This document shows, in pieces, positions 1-10,904 of a DNA stretch of 64,000 nt (positions within the stretch are counted from its first letter, which is position 1; every line of letters begins with the position of its first letter). The notes under the pieces are model-generated. The model had not been told where the DNA came from and did not search any database. It saw nothing but the letters and a program-made list of their open reading frames with translations. Source of the DNA: an uncultured Oscillospiraceae bacterium (GTDB lineage Bacteria; Bacillota; Clostridia; Oscillospirales; Oscillospiraceae); contig CAZNUD010000002.1 in NCBI GenBank assembly GCA_964576195.1, positions 4,117 through 68,116 of the forward strand, given 5' to 3'. Position numbers and translations under genes: made by a program.

Positions 1-270
1 AATGCGTCCATAGGCAACCACGACCACCAGATCGGGCTTTAGGGACCTTAGTGTCTCAAGGGCTGTACCATCGCGCATTTTTTCAGGTTGAAAAACAGGT
101 ATGCCCGAGGCAATGGCAAGCTCTTTAACCGGGCTGAAAGTAAGCTTCATGCCACGGTTTTTTGGTTTGTCAGGCTGGGAAAAAACACCGACTACGTCAA
201 AGCCTCCATCTATGAGGCTTTTAAGGGAGGCAGCGGCAAAATCCGGAGTTCCCATAAATACAATGCGCAT
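1..270 (-). CDS. fmt: methionyl-tRNA formyltransferase, N-terminal part (gene runs off the window start)
   Basis: Minus-strand ATG at 268-270. My translation is [40 protein letters not shown], the typical Fmt N-terminus. It follows def by 12 nt. Confidence 0.85.
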   Translation of the reverse strand, partial: MRIVFMGTPDFAAASLKSLIDGGFDVVGVFSQPDKPKNRGMKLTFSPVKELAIASGIPVFQPEKMRDGTALETLRSLKPDLVVVVAYGRI

Positions 271-282
271 GTTGCTCACCTC

Positions 283-777
283 TCAGTTTCCCTGCTCGTA
301 TTCCTCAGGTTCTAGCATCCGTTCTGCGCGCTGGGTAAACAAAACGCCCTCAAGATGGTCAATTTCGTGGCAGAGGCAGCGGGCGGTAAGGCGCTCGCCA
401 TCCACCTCAAAGAAGTTTCCTTTGCGGTCCTGAGCGCGAACCCTAACATTGTTAGGGCGGGTAACGATGCCGTATTCCCCAGGAACGGACAGGCATCCCT
501 CCGGTCCGATCTGCTCGCCGTCCTCGCCAACTATCTCTGGGTTAATCAGCTCTATCATATACTCATCCTGCCCCTCTTCCACATTGGTTTCCAGGACAAG
601 GACTGCACGGCGGAGAACGCCCACCTGAGGCGCGGCAAGGCCAACGCCGCCGGATTGTAACAAAGTCTCCTTCATATCGTCAAGAAGTGTGTGCAGGCGG
701 TTATTAAACTCGGTTACCGGGCGGCAGTGGGTATTTAAGGTTCTGTCGCCTTTTTCTAATATTTTTCTAAGTGCCAT
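283..777 (-). CDS. def: peptide deformylase
   Basis: 164 aa with the GVGLAAPQ, EGCLSVPG and HEIDHLEG metal-site motifs. Confidence 0.95.
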   Translation of the reverse strand: MALRKILEKGDRTLNTHCRPVTEFNNRLHTLLDDMKETLLQSGGVGLAAPQVGVLRRAVLVLETNVEEGQDEYMIELINPEIVGEDGEQIGPEGCLSVPGEYGIVTRPNNVRVRAQDRKGNFFEVDGERLTARCLCHEIDHLEGVLFTQRAERMLEPEEYEQGN

Positions 778-812
778 AGCTTTCCTCCGAAATGCTGCCG
801 GGCAGTGGTATT

Positions 813-3269
813 TTAAAAATTAGGTCTTAAATCTCCAAAAACGGAGACTCCCCTATAGCTTTTATTTAGGCCGCAATACTCAAGGAGTTTAGATATTTCA
901 TCCCTGATCTCCTTACTGTCGCGGCAATAGATGGTAAGTCGGTAACGGTAGCGGTTATTAATTTTGGCAACCGGCAGCGGTGCCGGTCCTAGAATTTTTG
1001 CGTCCTGCGCCTTTAAAGCCCCAAGCAATATTTTCCGGGCATCGTTAAGGCAGCGAAGAACCATGGTTTCGTCGGTTCCTGTGGCTGTCACAGCGAAAAT
1101 CTCAGAAAATGGTGGACAATGCTGAAGGCGGCGAAGCTCAAGCTCGGAATTATAAAAGCTCTCGTAATCCTGATTTGCTGCCTGCAAAATGACCTCATTG
1201 GATGGAGTAAAGGTCTGTATAACGGCTCGGCCCGGGGCCTGGCCTCTTCCCGAGCGGCCAACAACCTGGGTTATCAGAGAAAAGGTGCGTTCGGCCGCGC
1301 GGTAATCTCCACAATAAAGGGATTGGTCAGCGGAGACTACTCCCACCAGGGTCACGTTTGGAAAATTCAGACCCTTGGTGACCATTTGTGTGCCAACCAT
1401 AATGGGGATGTTCTCATCACTAAAGCGACTTAAAATAGCCTCATGGCTGCCTGCGCCTGAAACCGTATCGGTGTCCATACGCAGAACAGGAACCTCGGGA
1501 AATGCGGCATTAAGCTGTTCCTCGATATTTTGTGTTCCTGCGCCTATATAGCTAAGTACACCGCCACATTCTGGGCATCCCTCCGCAACAAGCTGAGAAT
1601 GACCACAATAATGACACATAAGGCGATTGTTGGCGCTGTGGTAGGTAAGGCTTACACTGCAACGGGGGCACTTGAAGATAAAGCCGCACTCGCAGCAGGT
1701 AATCAACTTATTAGCTCCCCGACGATTTAGGAAAAGTATGCTTTGACGACCTTGTTCGATGTTTTCGAAAAGCTCACGCAACAGCAGATTGCTCAGGTCG
1801 CCGCCATTGCCGGAACGAAGCTCCTTTTTCATGTCCACAATTTCAACTGATGGCAGGGACATTTCGTTGTAGCGCTCCGGTAGGGTAAAAAAGCTGTATT
1901 TGCCAACTTCGGCGTTGTATCGGGTCACCACGTTTGGTGTGGCGCTGCCAAGCAACAACAGCGAGTTTGACTTTACACAGCGAAATTTTGCTACGTCACA
2001 GGCATTATATCGGGGGGAGTTCTCGGATTTATAGGTATCCTCCTGCTCCTCATCAATTATTATCATGCCCAAATTTTCGATTGGAGCAAACACGGCGCTG
2101 CGTGTGCCCACAACCACCTTGGCCTCTCCATTTTTAACGCGCTTCCATTCATCGTATCGCTCTCCAACGGATAGAGACGAGTGAAGAACAGCAATGTTCT
2201 CTCCAAAGTACGATGAGAAGGTGTAAAGCATCTGCGGAGTAAGAGAAATTTCAGGAACCAGCATTATGGAGCCTTTGCCCTGCTTAAGCATTTCGTCAAT
2301 CAGACGGATATAAACCAAGGTCTTTCCGCTGCCTGTAACACCGTGAAGGAGCGCAGCAGCGGGCTTGTCCTGCACTGCAAGCTTAAACAAGCCGTTAAAT
2401 ACAGACGCTTGGGATTTGCTTAACTGCGGCATAGGAAGGCTTTCACCAAGCCTATATTCGGGCTTGCGAAAAACTTCGACCTCCTCCAGCTTCACGGCAC
2501 CGTTGTAAACAAGGCGCTTAATTGTGGCGGTGGCGGCTCCCGTAAGGTAGTTTATGTCGCTAATACTGGCCGAGCCAAAGTCCGCCAACAGCTCAAGTAC
2601 CGCCGCCTGAGATGGGGCAGAGCGCTTTTTGGCCGAGGCAAGGGTTTTTGCCTCCTCTGCTGTTATGCAAAGGGTGGCAAAGCTGACGGTTTTGTCCTTA
2701 ACCTTGCGGTAACTAATATAATCGGTGGTTATTATGCCCTTATCCACCAAGGCACGAAGAGCCGCAGAGGGGTCTTCCTCACCTAAATCCTGCTCTAAAT
2801 CCCGTATGTCACAGCTTCCGCCGTGAGAAAAAAGTATATCTAACACCTTTTTCTGGCGCTCGGACTTTTTAACCCCATTGTAGGCCTGTTCCCAGTCAAA
2901 GTCCGGATTAACACTAACGCTGGAACTGATGGAATACCACAGTCCCGCAGGCAGCATGGCCTTAACGGCCTCGTAGGCGGTACAAAAAAACCGCTCGCGC
3001 ATCCATAGTGCTAGCTTTATTTGCTCCGGAGATAGAACGGGGCTTCTATCCAGCACCTTTGAGATGGTTTTTAGTTTGTTCTGGGTTTCGTCACAAACTA
3101 TAGCAAGGACTATGCCCTCGCTGGGGCGGTTTGATCTGGAAAACGGGACGATCACACGACAACCAACCGCAAGTTCTGCAGAAAGTTCTACCGGAATAAG
3201 GTAATCGTATGGCTTGTCAATCCAATATGTGGCGGCGGATACCGCAATTTTGGCTATTCGCTTTTCCAT
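813..3269 (-). CDS. priA: primosomal protein N' (replication restart helicase)
   Basis: 818 aa. Walker A GVTGSGKT, IIDEEQ box, Cys-rich zinc region CCECGFIFKCPRCSVSLTYH..CHYCGH. priA-def-fmt order. Confidence 0.95.
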   Translation of the reverse strand: MEKRIAKIAVSAATYWIDKPYDYLIPVELSAELAVGCRVIVPFSRSNRPSEGIVLAIVCDETQNKLKTISKVLDRSPVLSPEQIKLALWMRERFFCTAYEAVKAMLPAGLWYSISSSVSVNPDFDWEQAYNGVKKSERQKKVLDILFSHGGSCDIRDLEQDLGEEDPSAALRALVDKGIITTDYISYRKVKDKTVSFATLCITAEEAKTLASAKKRSAPSQAAVLELLADFGSASISDINYLTGAATATIKRLVYNGAVKLEEVEVFRKPEYRLGESLPMPQLSKSQASVFNGLFKLAVQDKPAAALLHGVTGSGKTLVYIRLIDEMLKQGKGSIMLVPEISLTPQMLYTFSSYFGENIAVLHSSLSVGERYDEWKRVKNGEAKVVVGTRSAVFAPIENLGMIIIDEEQEDTYKSENSPRYNACDVAKFRCVKSNSLLLLGSATPNVVTRYNAEVGKYSFFTLPERYNEMSLPSVEIVDMKKELRSGNGGDLSNLLLRELFENIEQGRQSILFLNRRGANKLITCCECGFIFKCPRCSVSLTYHSANNRLMCHYCGHSQLVAEGCPECGGVLSYIGAGTQNIEEQLNAAFPEVPVLRMDTDTVSGAGSHEAILSRFSDENIPIMVGTQMVTKGLNFPNVTLVGVVSADQSLYCGDYRAAERTFSLITQVVGRSGRGQAPGRAVIQTFTPSNEVILQAANQDYESFYNSELELRRLQHCPPFSEIFAVTATGTDETMVLRCLNDARKILLGALKAQDAKILGPAPLPVAKINNRYRYRLTIYCRDSKEIRDEISKLLEYCGLNKSYRGVSVFGDLRPNF

Positions 3270-3300
3270 GTTGCGTCACCGCCTAAATGGGTTTTTTCGC

Positions 3301-3534
3301 TCAGCCAATATAGTCGGATACGGGCTGAGTTCCGATCATAACTTTGTCAACAACTTTTAATCTGCCTGTATAGACCTCTTCAATTGCGCAGGAAACGGGT
3401 TTTTTGTCCATCGGTTCACCGTCTTCCTCTGCAAAAGCAGAAATCTCTCTTGCTCGTCGGGCAACAAGATTAACTAGAAGATATCTGCTTCCAACTTTTT
3501 CGACCAAATCGGCCACGGGGGGATATAGCATCAT
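3301..3534 (-). CDS. rpoZ: DNA-directed RNA polymerase subunit omega
   Basis: MMLYPPVADLVEKVGSRYLLVNLVARRAREI is an omega-type N-terminus. Start moved to the internal ATG preceded by AGAGGTG. Lies after gmk as in Bacillus. Confidence 0.85.
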   Translation of the reverse strand: MMLYPPVADLVEKVGSRYLLVNLVARRAREISAFAEEDGEPMDKKPVSCAIEEVYTGRLKVVDKVMIGTQPVSDYIG

Positions 3535-3539
3535 AGTGG

Positions 3540-4139
3540 TTACACCTCTAAAATATATTTTTTCCTGTACTGTAGCTTGCATTTTTCTGCAGTAATAATG
3601 GCTTCTATTTCGGCTGCTGCCAATTCGGGGTCATCGTTTACTACAATGTAGTCGTAATTCTGGGCCTGCGCATACTCTCGGCGGGCAGTTTCAATGCGAC
3701 GAATTATCTTTTCCTCGCTATCGGTTTGTCTGCCACGAAGTCTGCGTTCTATATCAGAGAAATGCGGCGGCACAATGAAAATCAATACGGCATTGGTGCG
3801 CTGTGATTTTATTTGCATTGCACCCTGAACCTCAATATCAAAAATAACATTCTTTCCCTTTGCTATGCTCTCCATAACGGGTGCCTTTGGGGTACCGTAA
3901 TAGTTCCCCACATATGCGGCGTGCTCAAAAAGTTCGCCCTTTTCAATCATTTGCTCAAAACGGGCACGTCCCACAAAGAAATACTCAACACCGTCCTTTT
4001 CCTCGCCTCGCGGCGCTCTTGTGGTTGCGGATATTGAAAACACACAATCAGGGACATCACTAACAACCCGGGAGATAACTGTGCTCTTTCCTGCTCCCGA
4101 TGGGCCAGAAATGACAATCAACAGACCTTCCCCGCTCAT
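3540..4139 (-). CDS. gmk: guanylate kinase
   Basis: 199 aa, P-loop GPSGAGKST, TTRAPRGEE motif. Confidence 0.95.
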   Translation of the reverse strand: MSGEGLLIVISGPSGAGKSTVISRVVSDVPDCVFSISATTRAPRGEEKDGVEYFFVGRARFEQMIEKGELFEHAAYVGNYYGTPKAPVMESIAKGKNVIFDIEVQGAMQIKSQRTNAVLIFIVPPHFSDIERRLRGRQTDSEEKIIRRIETARREYAQAQNYDYIVVNDDPELAAAEIEAIITAEKCKLQYRKKYILEV

Positions 4140-4405
4140 TATTCGCTTTCACCTCCGGGCTCCGGCTCACTTTTACCGTTCATTCTTCCAGCAACGGTTT
4201 CCGGTTGGATGGCAGAAAGTATTACATGACCGCTATCCATAATAAGCACCGCCCTTGTTCGGCGTCCATAGGTTGCGTCAATAAGCTGCCCCTTCTCCCT
4301 AACGTCCTGAATAATTCGCTTTATTGGCGCTGACTCGGGGCTGACAATGGCGATTATTCTAGTTGCCGAAACCATATTGCCGAAGCCAATGTTAATCAGT
4401 TTCAT
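4139..4405 (-). CDS. remA: extracellular matrix/biofilm regulator RemA (DUF370)
   Basis: [35 protein letters not shown] at 4405 is preceded by AGGAGA. The stop overlaps the gmk start (ATGA). Confidence 0.85.
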   Translation of the reverse strand: MKLINIGFGNMVSATRIIAIVSPESAPIKRIIQDVREKGQLIDATYGRRTRAVLIMDSGHVILSAIQPETVAGRMNGKSEPEPGGESE

Positions 4406-4415
4406 ACGCTGTCTC

Positions 4416-5294
4416 CTATTCGATGTTTTGAACCTGTTCTCTGATTTTTTCGATCTCGGATTTGGTTTCAAGTACAATTTTTGTTATTTCGCTGTCATTA
4501 CACTTGGAGCCAATGGTATTGGTTTCCCGGTTAATTTCCTGAACAATAAAGTCAAGCTTTCTACCAACAGGAGTCTCACTCTTAAGCAAATCCCGCATTT
4601 GAAAAATGTGAGAGCGCAGACGAACGGTTTCCTCATCAACAGAGATTCGGTCAGCGTAGAGAGCGGCCTCGGTGAGAAGGCGGCATTCATCTATTTGAGT
4701 ATTTTCAAGTACCTCCTGCATTTTTTTCGTAAGGCGCTCGCGATATTCAATTACAGTATTTGGAGAACGCTGCTCAATTATAGATACATTCTTCTCTATT
4801 GCTTCAAGTCGGCAAAACATATCGTCATAGAGCTTTTCACCTTCTCTAAGGCGCATGGTGTCGAAGTCCGATAGTGCGGCCCCCGCAACCTTTAACAGGC
4901 GGGCAAGAATTTGTTCCTTATCCATCTCATTTTTATCAAGGCTCAAAACTTCGGACAGCCTGACAATCTGGTAGGCGCTCACCGTTGGGTCAACGCCAAG
5001 TATTTCAGCAATGTGATCTATTGCTTTTTTGTAGGCTACTGCTAAGGATTCGTTAACTGTAATGGTAATGTCGCTTCCGGCGGCGGTGACCACGTTAATA
5101 AAAACGTCTACCTTTCCGCGGCTTATATGGGACTGGACAGCGGATTTGATTGCTTCCTCTGCGAAGAGGTAACCCCTTGGCATTCTAACACTTGTGTCAA
5201 GGTAGCGGTTATTTACGCTGCGAATCTCAACCGAAAATTCGCTTCCCTCTTCTGCGCTTTTAGCGCCGCCGTAGCCCGTCATACTTTTTATCAT
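4416..5294 (-). CDS. YicC/YloC family stress-induced protein
   Basis: [10 protein letters not shown]-terminus and C-terminal DUF1732-like region. yicC-remA-gmk-rpoZ synteny. Confidence 0.85.
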   Translation of the reverse strand: MIKSMTGYGGAKSAEEGSEFSVEIRSVNNRYLDTSVRMPRGYLFAEEAIKSAVQSHISRGKVDVFINVVTAAGSDITITVNESLAVAYKKAIDHIAEILGVDPTVSAYQIVRLSEVLSLDKNEMDKEQILARLLKVAGAALSDFDTMRLREGEKLYDDMFCRLEAIEKNVSIIEQRSPNTVIEYRERLTKKMQEVLENTQIDECRLLTEAALYADRISVDEETVRLRSHIFQMRDLLKSETPVGRKLDFIVQEINRETNTIGSKCNDSEITKIVLETKSEIEKIREQVQNIE

Positions 5295-5317
5295 GGCCCT
5301 TTCCTTTCCTAACACCG

Positions 5318-6571
5318 TCAGTAAATATCAACATATACGGTGTATTCGCCCCTTTCCTTAATGGCACCGACCCCGGTGTAGCCGTCAACAGTTATTTTGG
5401 CGGTGGGCTGGTGGGCTCCCGTGGTGGAGCCTATTTCAGAGAGGTCAACAACTGCACGAATGTTGTTAGATTTGATATTTTTAATTACCTCCGGAGTTCC
5501 GCGGAGAATTACGTCAATAGCTTTAGTAACAAGCTTGGCGTCGCGACCCGCAGGAATGTTGGTAAGGAAAATATTGGTGACACTGAAACGCTTTGTTTCA
5601 AGGCCAAATATTTCTAGGGTAACCTTTGCCTCGGTCAGTCCGGTTACATTTGTAACATCGTTATCGAGCATTATTTGGAACTTGTCCTCAAAAGTGGATA
5701 CAAAAGAAGCTAAATCAACGGTACCGATAGAGATTTTATTGATTCCCTCAAGGGTCTTTGCATCTCCCGCAATAACGATGGTTTGCGGGTCAACTGTTAT
5801 TTTAACGTTCTCGCTCGTGGCACCCGCACCGTTAACCAGATCCACGGTAAGCTGAACCTCCTTTGTGGAGGTTATGGGTAGCGTGACTAAAACCATGTCA
5901 CTATCCGCCTTAACGTTTGAGAGAGTAAGGGGCATATTGTATGAGTCACGCAGAACGTACTCCGAGTCAAATTCAAGGGTCTTGTCCACATCCTCGCGCT
6001 GTATGGATACCCATGCGTGATCGATTTTCTCAAGCTCTGTCTGAGGGCCGGTAACGGTAATTGTGCCCGGGTCAAAGCTGAGCTTTCCGGCGGCAAAGCC
6101 CTCAATTACGCTGCCGACAAATTCACCCTTAACTTCGACAGATTTTGTTATAGCCTTGTCCACGTAGAAGTATACGCTCTGAGGCTGAGAAGAAACAACA
6201 TCTATTGCGGAGGGGTCAACGCTTACCGGGTACTCGGGAATGATAAGTTGAGTGTAGTTGCCACCCTTGTTAAGCTTTGAAACATCAACAAGACCTATAA
6301 TATTTGAGGAGTTGAGCTTTGAAAGCTCCCGGCGGCTGCCACGAAGCTTGAAACTGACGGTGTTGGCGCTGATATTTGAAATAACAAGACCGTCCTTTTC
6401 CAGCAAAATGTCTTCCCCTCTAAACTCAATTTTTACACTTTCAAATTCCTGTACGATGGTATCTCCGTAGGACGTGGTGACATAAACCCACATCAGAATG
6501 GACACTACAACGGAAATAATGACCCATAGTACTCGGCTGTCCCATATGGTTTTCTTTGTTTCATTTTTCAT
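5318..6571 (-). CDS. cdaR: YbbR-domain protein, CdaA regulator
   Basis: 417 aa, N-terminal TM helix then repeated YbbR-like beta domains. Overlaps the cdaA stop by 11 nt. Confidence 0.85.
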   Translation of the reverse strand: MKNETKKTIWDSRVLWVIISVVVSILMWVYVTTSYGDTIVQEFESVKIEFRGEDILLEKDGLVISNISANTVSFKLRGSRRELSKLNSSNIIGLVDVSKLNKGGNYTQLIIPEYPVSVDPSAIDVVSSQPQSVYFYVDKAITKSVEVKGEFVGSVIEGFAAGKLSFDPGTITVTGPQTELEKIDHAWVSIQREDVDKTLEFDSEYVLRDSYNMPLTLSNVKADSDMVLVTLPITSTKEVQLTVDLVNGAGATSENVKITVDPQTIVIAGDAKTLEGINKISIGTVDLASFVSTFEDKFQIMLDNDVTNVTGLTEAKVTLEIFGLETKRFSVTNIFLTNIPAGRDAKLVTKAIDVILRGTPEVIKNIKSNNIRAVVDLSEIGSTTGAHQPTAKITVDGYTGVGAIKERGEYTVYVDIY

Positions 6572-7421
6572 TTTTCTTCACCTTTTTGGAAAACAGCTTT
6601 TTGTTTGCTGCCGACTCAGCCTGATCATCGACAATTAGTTCGTTTCTCAGTATTTTTTCAAAAGTATCCGGGGTCAGATGACGCTTAAGCATGCCGTCTA
6701 TGGCAACAGAAATCGCGCCGGTCTCCTCGGATACTATGGCAGTTACTGCATCAGACTGTTCGCTCATGCCGATGCCTGCCCGGTGGCGCATGCCCAAATC
6801 GCGGCTAAGGTTGGGGTTATTGGACAGTGGAAGCATGCAGCCAGCCGCGGCAATTCGGCCGTCTCTAATAATTATAGCTCCATCGTGAAGAGGAGCCTTA
6901 TTATGAAATACGTTTTTCATTAGCTCCGCCGTGGTGTAAGCGTTAATTATTGTTCCGGTGTTGATTTGTCCAGAAAGTTTGTTAACGCGCTCAAAAACAA
7001 TGAGGGCACCGGTTTTGCTCTGGGACATGGCACTGCAAGCTAAAACCGTTTGGGTTATGGCAGCGTCCACGGCCTGGGTATGAATACTCCCGCGAAGGAA
7101 GGATAAAATGCTTCCGCTGCCAACGCGCTCCAAAAAGCGACGTAGTTCAGGCTGAAACAATATGACCAGTGCCAGAAGGCCCAGCTCAACAGTTTTAGTA
7201 AGGACAAAGTTAACCACCGGAAGCCGCAGCCAATCGGAAATCCACAGGGCAAGAATAACGATAATAACGCCCTTGGCAACACGGTTGGATTTTGTGCGCC
7301 TTATAAGGCCGATAAGCTTATAAATGAGAAACGCCATAATAAGCATATCGACAATATCGGAAACACTAGCGGAAAGAAGGTAGTTTATTGATCGGGAAAG
7401 CTCGGTTTTAAATTGTTCCAT
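6561..7421 (-). CDS. cdaA: diadenylate cyclase (c-di-AMP synthase)
   Basis: Three N-terminal TM helices plus a DAC domain with the motifs DGAIIIRDGRI and RHRAGIGMSE. Confidence 0.92.
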   Translation of the reverse strand: MEQFKTELSRSINYLLSASVSDIVDMLIMAFLIYKLIGLIRRTKSNRVAKGVIIVILALWISDWLRLPVVNFVLTKTVELGLLALVILFQPELRRFLERVGSGSILSFLRGSIHTQAVDAAITQTVLACSAMSQSKTGALIVFERVNKLSGQINTGTIINAYTTAELMKNVFHNKAPLHDGAIIIRDGRIAAAGCMLPLSNNPNLSRDLGMRHRAGIGMSEQSDAVTAIVSEETGAISVAIDGMLKRHLTPDTFEKILRNELIVDDQAESAANKKLFSKKVKKNEK

Positions 7422-7445
7422 AGGATTAACCTCTGATATCTAGAG

Positions 7446-7477
7446 TAAAAACTGCCTTTAAACAAAAACTAGGCAGT
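7446..7477 (-). terminator. intrinsic terminator after the class V aminotransferase gene
   Basis: Stem ACTGCCT (7451-7457) / AGGCAGT (7471-7477). The minus-strand readout is followed by TTTTAC. Confidence 0.5.
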
Positions 7478-7540
7478 AGGAAATATAAACTATTACTTTA
7501 TTATATAATATCATCAATTAAATGGCAAATAATTAATTGA

Positions 7541-8668
7541 CTATTTTGCAATACAATTTATAATATTCTTTATTTTTTCAGCGGCAATAGTAACCTCGGC
7601 TAAGGTATTGAATGGTGAAAAACTAACGCGGAGCGTTCCTGTTCCATCTGTTCCCACAGTTTCGTGGGATAATGGAGTGCAGTGAAGTCCCGCCCGGGTG
7701 CATATACCTAGTATTCCGAGCCGCGCAGAAAGCTCATCAACCTCCATACATTTGGGGACCATGGACAAAACGCCGGTTTGCAGTGCGCTGTTTCTCGCAT
7801 AATAGATCTTCAAGTTTGGCAAAGTCTTCAGACGAGCGCAAAGCAGCTCTCTTAATTGCCGCTCGTGAGCCAAAACTGCTCCCTCCGGCAAGGCGTTGAG
7901 GTATTTCACGCCCTCAAGCAGCCCCGCAATGCCGGGAACGTTGTGGGTTCCCGCCTCTAATCGCTCCGGTAAAAAATCGGGCATAAGGGAGTCTGAGCTG
8001 TTGCTGCCGGTTCCGCCATGCAACAAAGGCTTTGTTTCCCCATTGCACAGGAGAACACCGGTACCCTGGGGGCCTAGAAGGCCCTTGTGTCCCGGCATGG
8101 CTATAAATGCGGCGTTAAGAGCTGTGTAATCTATTGGTAGAACGCCGGCGGATTGGGAGGCATCAATAATAAGCGGAACTCCCCTTCTTGCGCATAGATC
8201 GGCAATTTCCTCAATGGGCAGGATATATCCGAATGCATTAGAAACGTGAGTACATACGGCGCATTTTGCTCCCCTTAGGTTTTTAGCAAAGCCTTGAAGC
8301 ATTTCGACAGGTTGAAACAGAGGAGCACGAACCTGATAGGTTTTCGCTCCGATGGCGTTGAGCGGACGAACAACAGAGTTGTGCTCATAGCCGGAGATAA
8401 CAACCTTGTCGCCTGGGGAAACAAGAGAGTGTATTGCTATATTAAGCGCATGGGTAGCGTTAAAGGTAAAGATAACATTTTCAAGGTCGGGGACCTTGAA
8501 ATATTTTGCAATGGCCTCTCTGCAGTCTAAAACGCAGTCTGCCGCCAGCATGGCTGGACGATGGCAACCGCGCCCGGGACTTGCCATGGTATCGATAGCC
8601 TTGGAAACGGCCATATATACCGACTTAGGCTTTTGCAGAGTTGTGGCGGCGCTGTCAAGGTAAATCAT
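7541..8668 (-). CDS. class V aminotransferase / cysteine desulfurase family protein
   Basis: 375 aa. IYLDSAATT N-terminus, HKGLLGPQGTG PLP-lysine region, conserved Cys in RAGLHCTP. Confidence 0.85.
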   Translation of the reverse strand: MIYLDSAATTLQKPKSVYMAVSKAIDTMASPGRGCHRPAMLAADCVLDCREAIAKYFKVPDLENVIFTFNATHALNIAIHSLVSPGDKVVISGYEHNSVVRPLNAIGAKTYQVRAPLFQPVEMLQGFAKNLRGAKCAVCTHVSNAFGYILPIEEIADLCARRGVPLIIDASQSAGVLPIDYTALNAAFIAMPGHKGLLGPQGTGVLLCNGETKPLLHGGTGSNSSDSLMPDFLPERLEAGTHNVPGIAGLLEGVKYLNALPEGAVLAHERQLRELLCARLKTLPNLKIYYARNSALQTGVLSMVPKCMEVDELSARLGILGICTRAGLHCTPLSHETVGTDGTGTLRVSFSPFNTLAEVTIAAEKIKNIINCIAK

Positions 8669-8918
8669 TTTCCACCTCGCTCACTTTGCCATCGGTTGTT
8701 TGAAGAAAAACCCGAACAGGGTCCAGTGAGACGTCCTTAAGCGTGGCAAGAGCCAGCGCGAGCTTTTTTTCGGTTACCTTTACGCAGTAGCCGCAGCCTA
8801 TGCCTGTGGCGCTTTTGGGCGCCTTTGTAATGACTGAGGTAATACCTGCACGCTCCAAAGCACGAAGTGCGCGCTGAGCATAGGTAAGGGATTTGCACAT
8901 AAGCAAATAATTAAGCAT
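8655..8918 (-). CDS. DUF3343-like small protein (putative S/Se carrier-like)
   Basis: 87 aa; pattern ..SLTYAQRALRALERAGI..ITKAPKS...GCGYCVKV resembles DUF3343. Overlaps the downstream desulfurase gene by 14 nt. Confidence 0.55.
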   Translation of the reverse strand: MLNYLLMCKSLTYAQRALRALERAGITSVITKAPKSATGIGCGYCVKVTEKKLALALATLKDVSLDPVRVFLQTTDGKVSEVENDLP

Positions 8919-8977
8919 AATAATCTTCCCTCCGATAGTGGGTCTGATGTATTCTATGCTTAATTATCTACGCTTGT

Positions 8978-9448
8978 TCAATTTTCGATAAGAGCAACGG
9001 CCTGAGCTGCAATTCCCTCCCCATTACCAGTAAAACCAAGGTGCTCTTCGGTTGTGGCCTTAACGCTGACTTGGTCTATATTTATGCCCGCGGCCTTAGC
9101 AATACGCCGCCGCATTTCTCCAATATACGGAGATAGTTTCGGGTACTGGGCGATTATGGTGGAGTCTACATTGGAAATCTTATAACCGGAGTCATAAAGA
9201 CACTTTGAAACGATGGACAGGAGCCTCAGGCTATCGGCATCCTTAAAGCTGTCATCACTGTCCGGAAACATTTTGCCTATGTCCCCCATGGCAGCGGCTC
9301 CTAAAAGCGCATCAATGATGGCGTGTACCAGAACATCTGCGTCTGAGTGGCCGTCAAGGCCTTTTTCGGAGGGTATGTGCACACCCCCCAGAACTAGGCG
9401 GCGGTTATCTCTTAAGCAGTGAACATCGTAGCCTTGACCAATCCTCAT
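8978..9448 (-). CDS. ispF: 2-C-methyl-D-erythritol 2,4-cyclodiphosphate synthase
   Basis: [21 protein letters not shown] motifs; overlaps ispD by 4 nt. Confidence 0.95.
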   Translation of the reverse strand: MRIGQGYDVHCLRDNRRLVLGGVHIPSEKGLDGHSDADVLVHAIIDALLGAAAMGDIGKMFPDSDDSFKDADSLRLLSIVSKCLYDSGYKISNVDSTIIAQYPKLSPYIGEMRRRIAKAAGINIDQVSVKATTEEHLGFTGNGEGIAAQAVALIEN

Positions 9449-10188
9449 CTTTCAGCCTCCTGCCCCTTAGCCGCCGCCTCCTCGTCGCATTTGCGGCAAT
9501 ATAGAATGGTTTCGGCAAGCATTAAGTCGAGCGGAGTTGTAATTTTTATGTTTTCCTCGCTGCCCTGGCTTAAAAACACGGGAAAACCCAATAGCTCAAC
9601 GGCTCCCGCATCATCGGTTATAACGAGGTTGTTTATAAGGGCGTTTGTCAGCGCACCCTTAATGATTTCCGGCAAAAACACCTGAGGGGTTTGTATGTTA
9701 AACACAGAAAACCGGTCGGGTGTTGCAGAAACCCGCTTATTCTTTGCAAGTTTAACTGTGTCCTTTGAAGGAATAGCGGGAACGGCAGCACGGGTTTTGG
9801 CAGCACATTTTATAGCATCCTCAATCACCTTATCGGTAACGAGGGGGCGGGCGCCATCGTGAATGGCAATAAAGTGAGACTCAGGTGAAGTTTCGGATAC
9901 GCCGCTTAAAGCAGACTCCAGCCTTGTTTCACCACCACATACAATTTTCGTAACCTTGTGAATTCGGTAGTCCTCACAAAGCTGTGCCAAGTCCATTATT
10001 TTTTCAGACTCGGTAACAAGGATGATTTCACTAATATATTTGTTTTTCTGAAAAACGTACAGCGTTCGCGCCAAAACAGGGATGCCCCCCAAAGGCGCTG
10101 CCAGTTTATCCGAACCGAAGCGGCTGGAGGTGCCGGCGGCTACTATAACTGCGGAGCAGTTGTATTTTTGGGGTTTAAACAGCGACAT
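9445..10188 (-). CDS. ispD: 2-C-methyl-D-erythritol 4-phosphate cytidylyltransferase
   Basis: [12 protein letters not shown] glycine-rich loop, 247 aa, coupled to ispF. Confidence 0.9.
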   Translation of the reverse strand: MSLFKPQKYNCSAVIVAAGTSSRFGSDKLAAPLGGIPVLARTLYVFQKNKYISEIILVTESEKIMDLAQLCEDYRIHKVTKIVCGGETRLESALSGVSETSPESHFIAIHDGARPLVTDKVIEDAIKCAAKTRAAVPAIPSKDTVKLAKNKRVSATPDRFSVFNIQTPQVFLPEIIKGALTNALINNLVITDDAGAVELLGFPVFLSQGSEENIKITTPLDLMLAETILYCRKCDEEAAAKGQEAER

Positions 10189-10271
10189 GGTTTTTCTCCT
10201 CTAAATACAAAAATGCGGGAGCGCTGCATAGGATCACCCAGCTGCCAGCGCCGCCCGCAGGAGTTTTGGTG

Positions 10272-10748
10272 TTATAAAACCGCTTCGTTGATTTGAGCCT
10301 CTATTTCCTCATAGCTGGAGGAGTTGGATAGAACTATTTCAGAGATAAGAATTTGCTTGGCGGAATGAAGCATTTTTCGCTCGCCATTGGAAAGGCCACG
10401 TTCTGCTTCCCGCAGCATAAGTCCCTTAATTACTTCGGCCACCTCTATAAGGTTGCCGCTTTTTATTTTGACCATATTCTCCCGGTAACGCTTATTCCAG
10501 TTTTGTGTCATGTTGACTTCAAGCTCGGATATTGAGTCGATTATACTCTCGGCCTCCGATGGGGTGATAATGGGCCGAACACCGATGTTCTCAGATGCGT
10601 CCACAGGGATCATAACTTGCATATCGGCTGTGGGGAGTTTCAGGGCATAATACTCCTTATTCTCGCCGTCTATTTTTCTTGTTACTATACTATCAATTAT
10701 TCCTGCACCATGCATGGGATGAGCAATGCGATCACCTACGCGAAACAA
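10272..10748 (-). CDS. CarD/CdnL family transcriptional regulator
   Basis: FRVGDRIAHPMHGAGII N-terminal RNAP-interacting domain. I prefer the second in-frame TTG (10748), which lies 6 nt after GAGGGGAGGAAAAGCC. Confidence 0.85.
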   Translation of the reverse strand: MFRVGDRIAHPMHGAGIIDSIVTRKIDGENKEYYALKLPTADMQVMIPVDASENIGVRPIITPSEAESIIDSISELEVNMTQNWNKRYRENMVKIKSGNLIEVAEVIKGLMLREAERGLSNGERKMLHSAKQILISEIVLSNSSSYEEIEAQINEAVL

Positions 10749-10904
10749 GGCTTTTCCTCCCCTCAAAAGTTTATACTAAAATCATTATACACTAGTTTCA
10801 AGGTTTTAGCAAGGAAGAACAGCTAAAAAAATTTAATGTATACTATTACGAGGGAAAAATCAAGAGGGTAACTGAAAATATTTTAAATTGTTTTATAATT
10901 TAAT

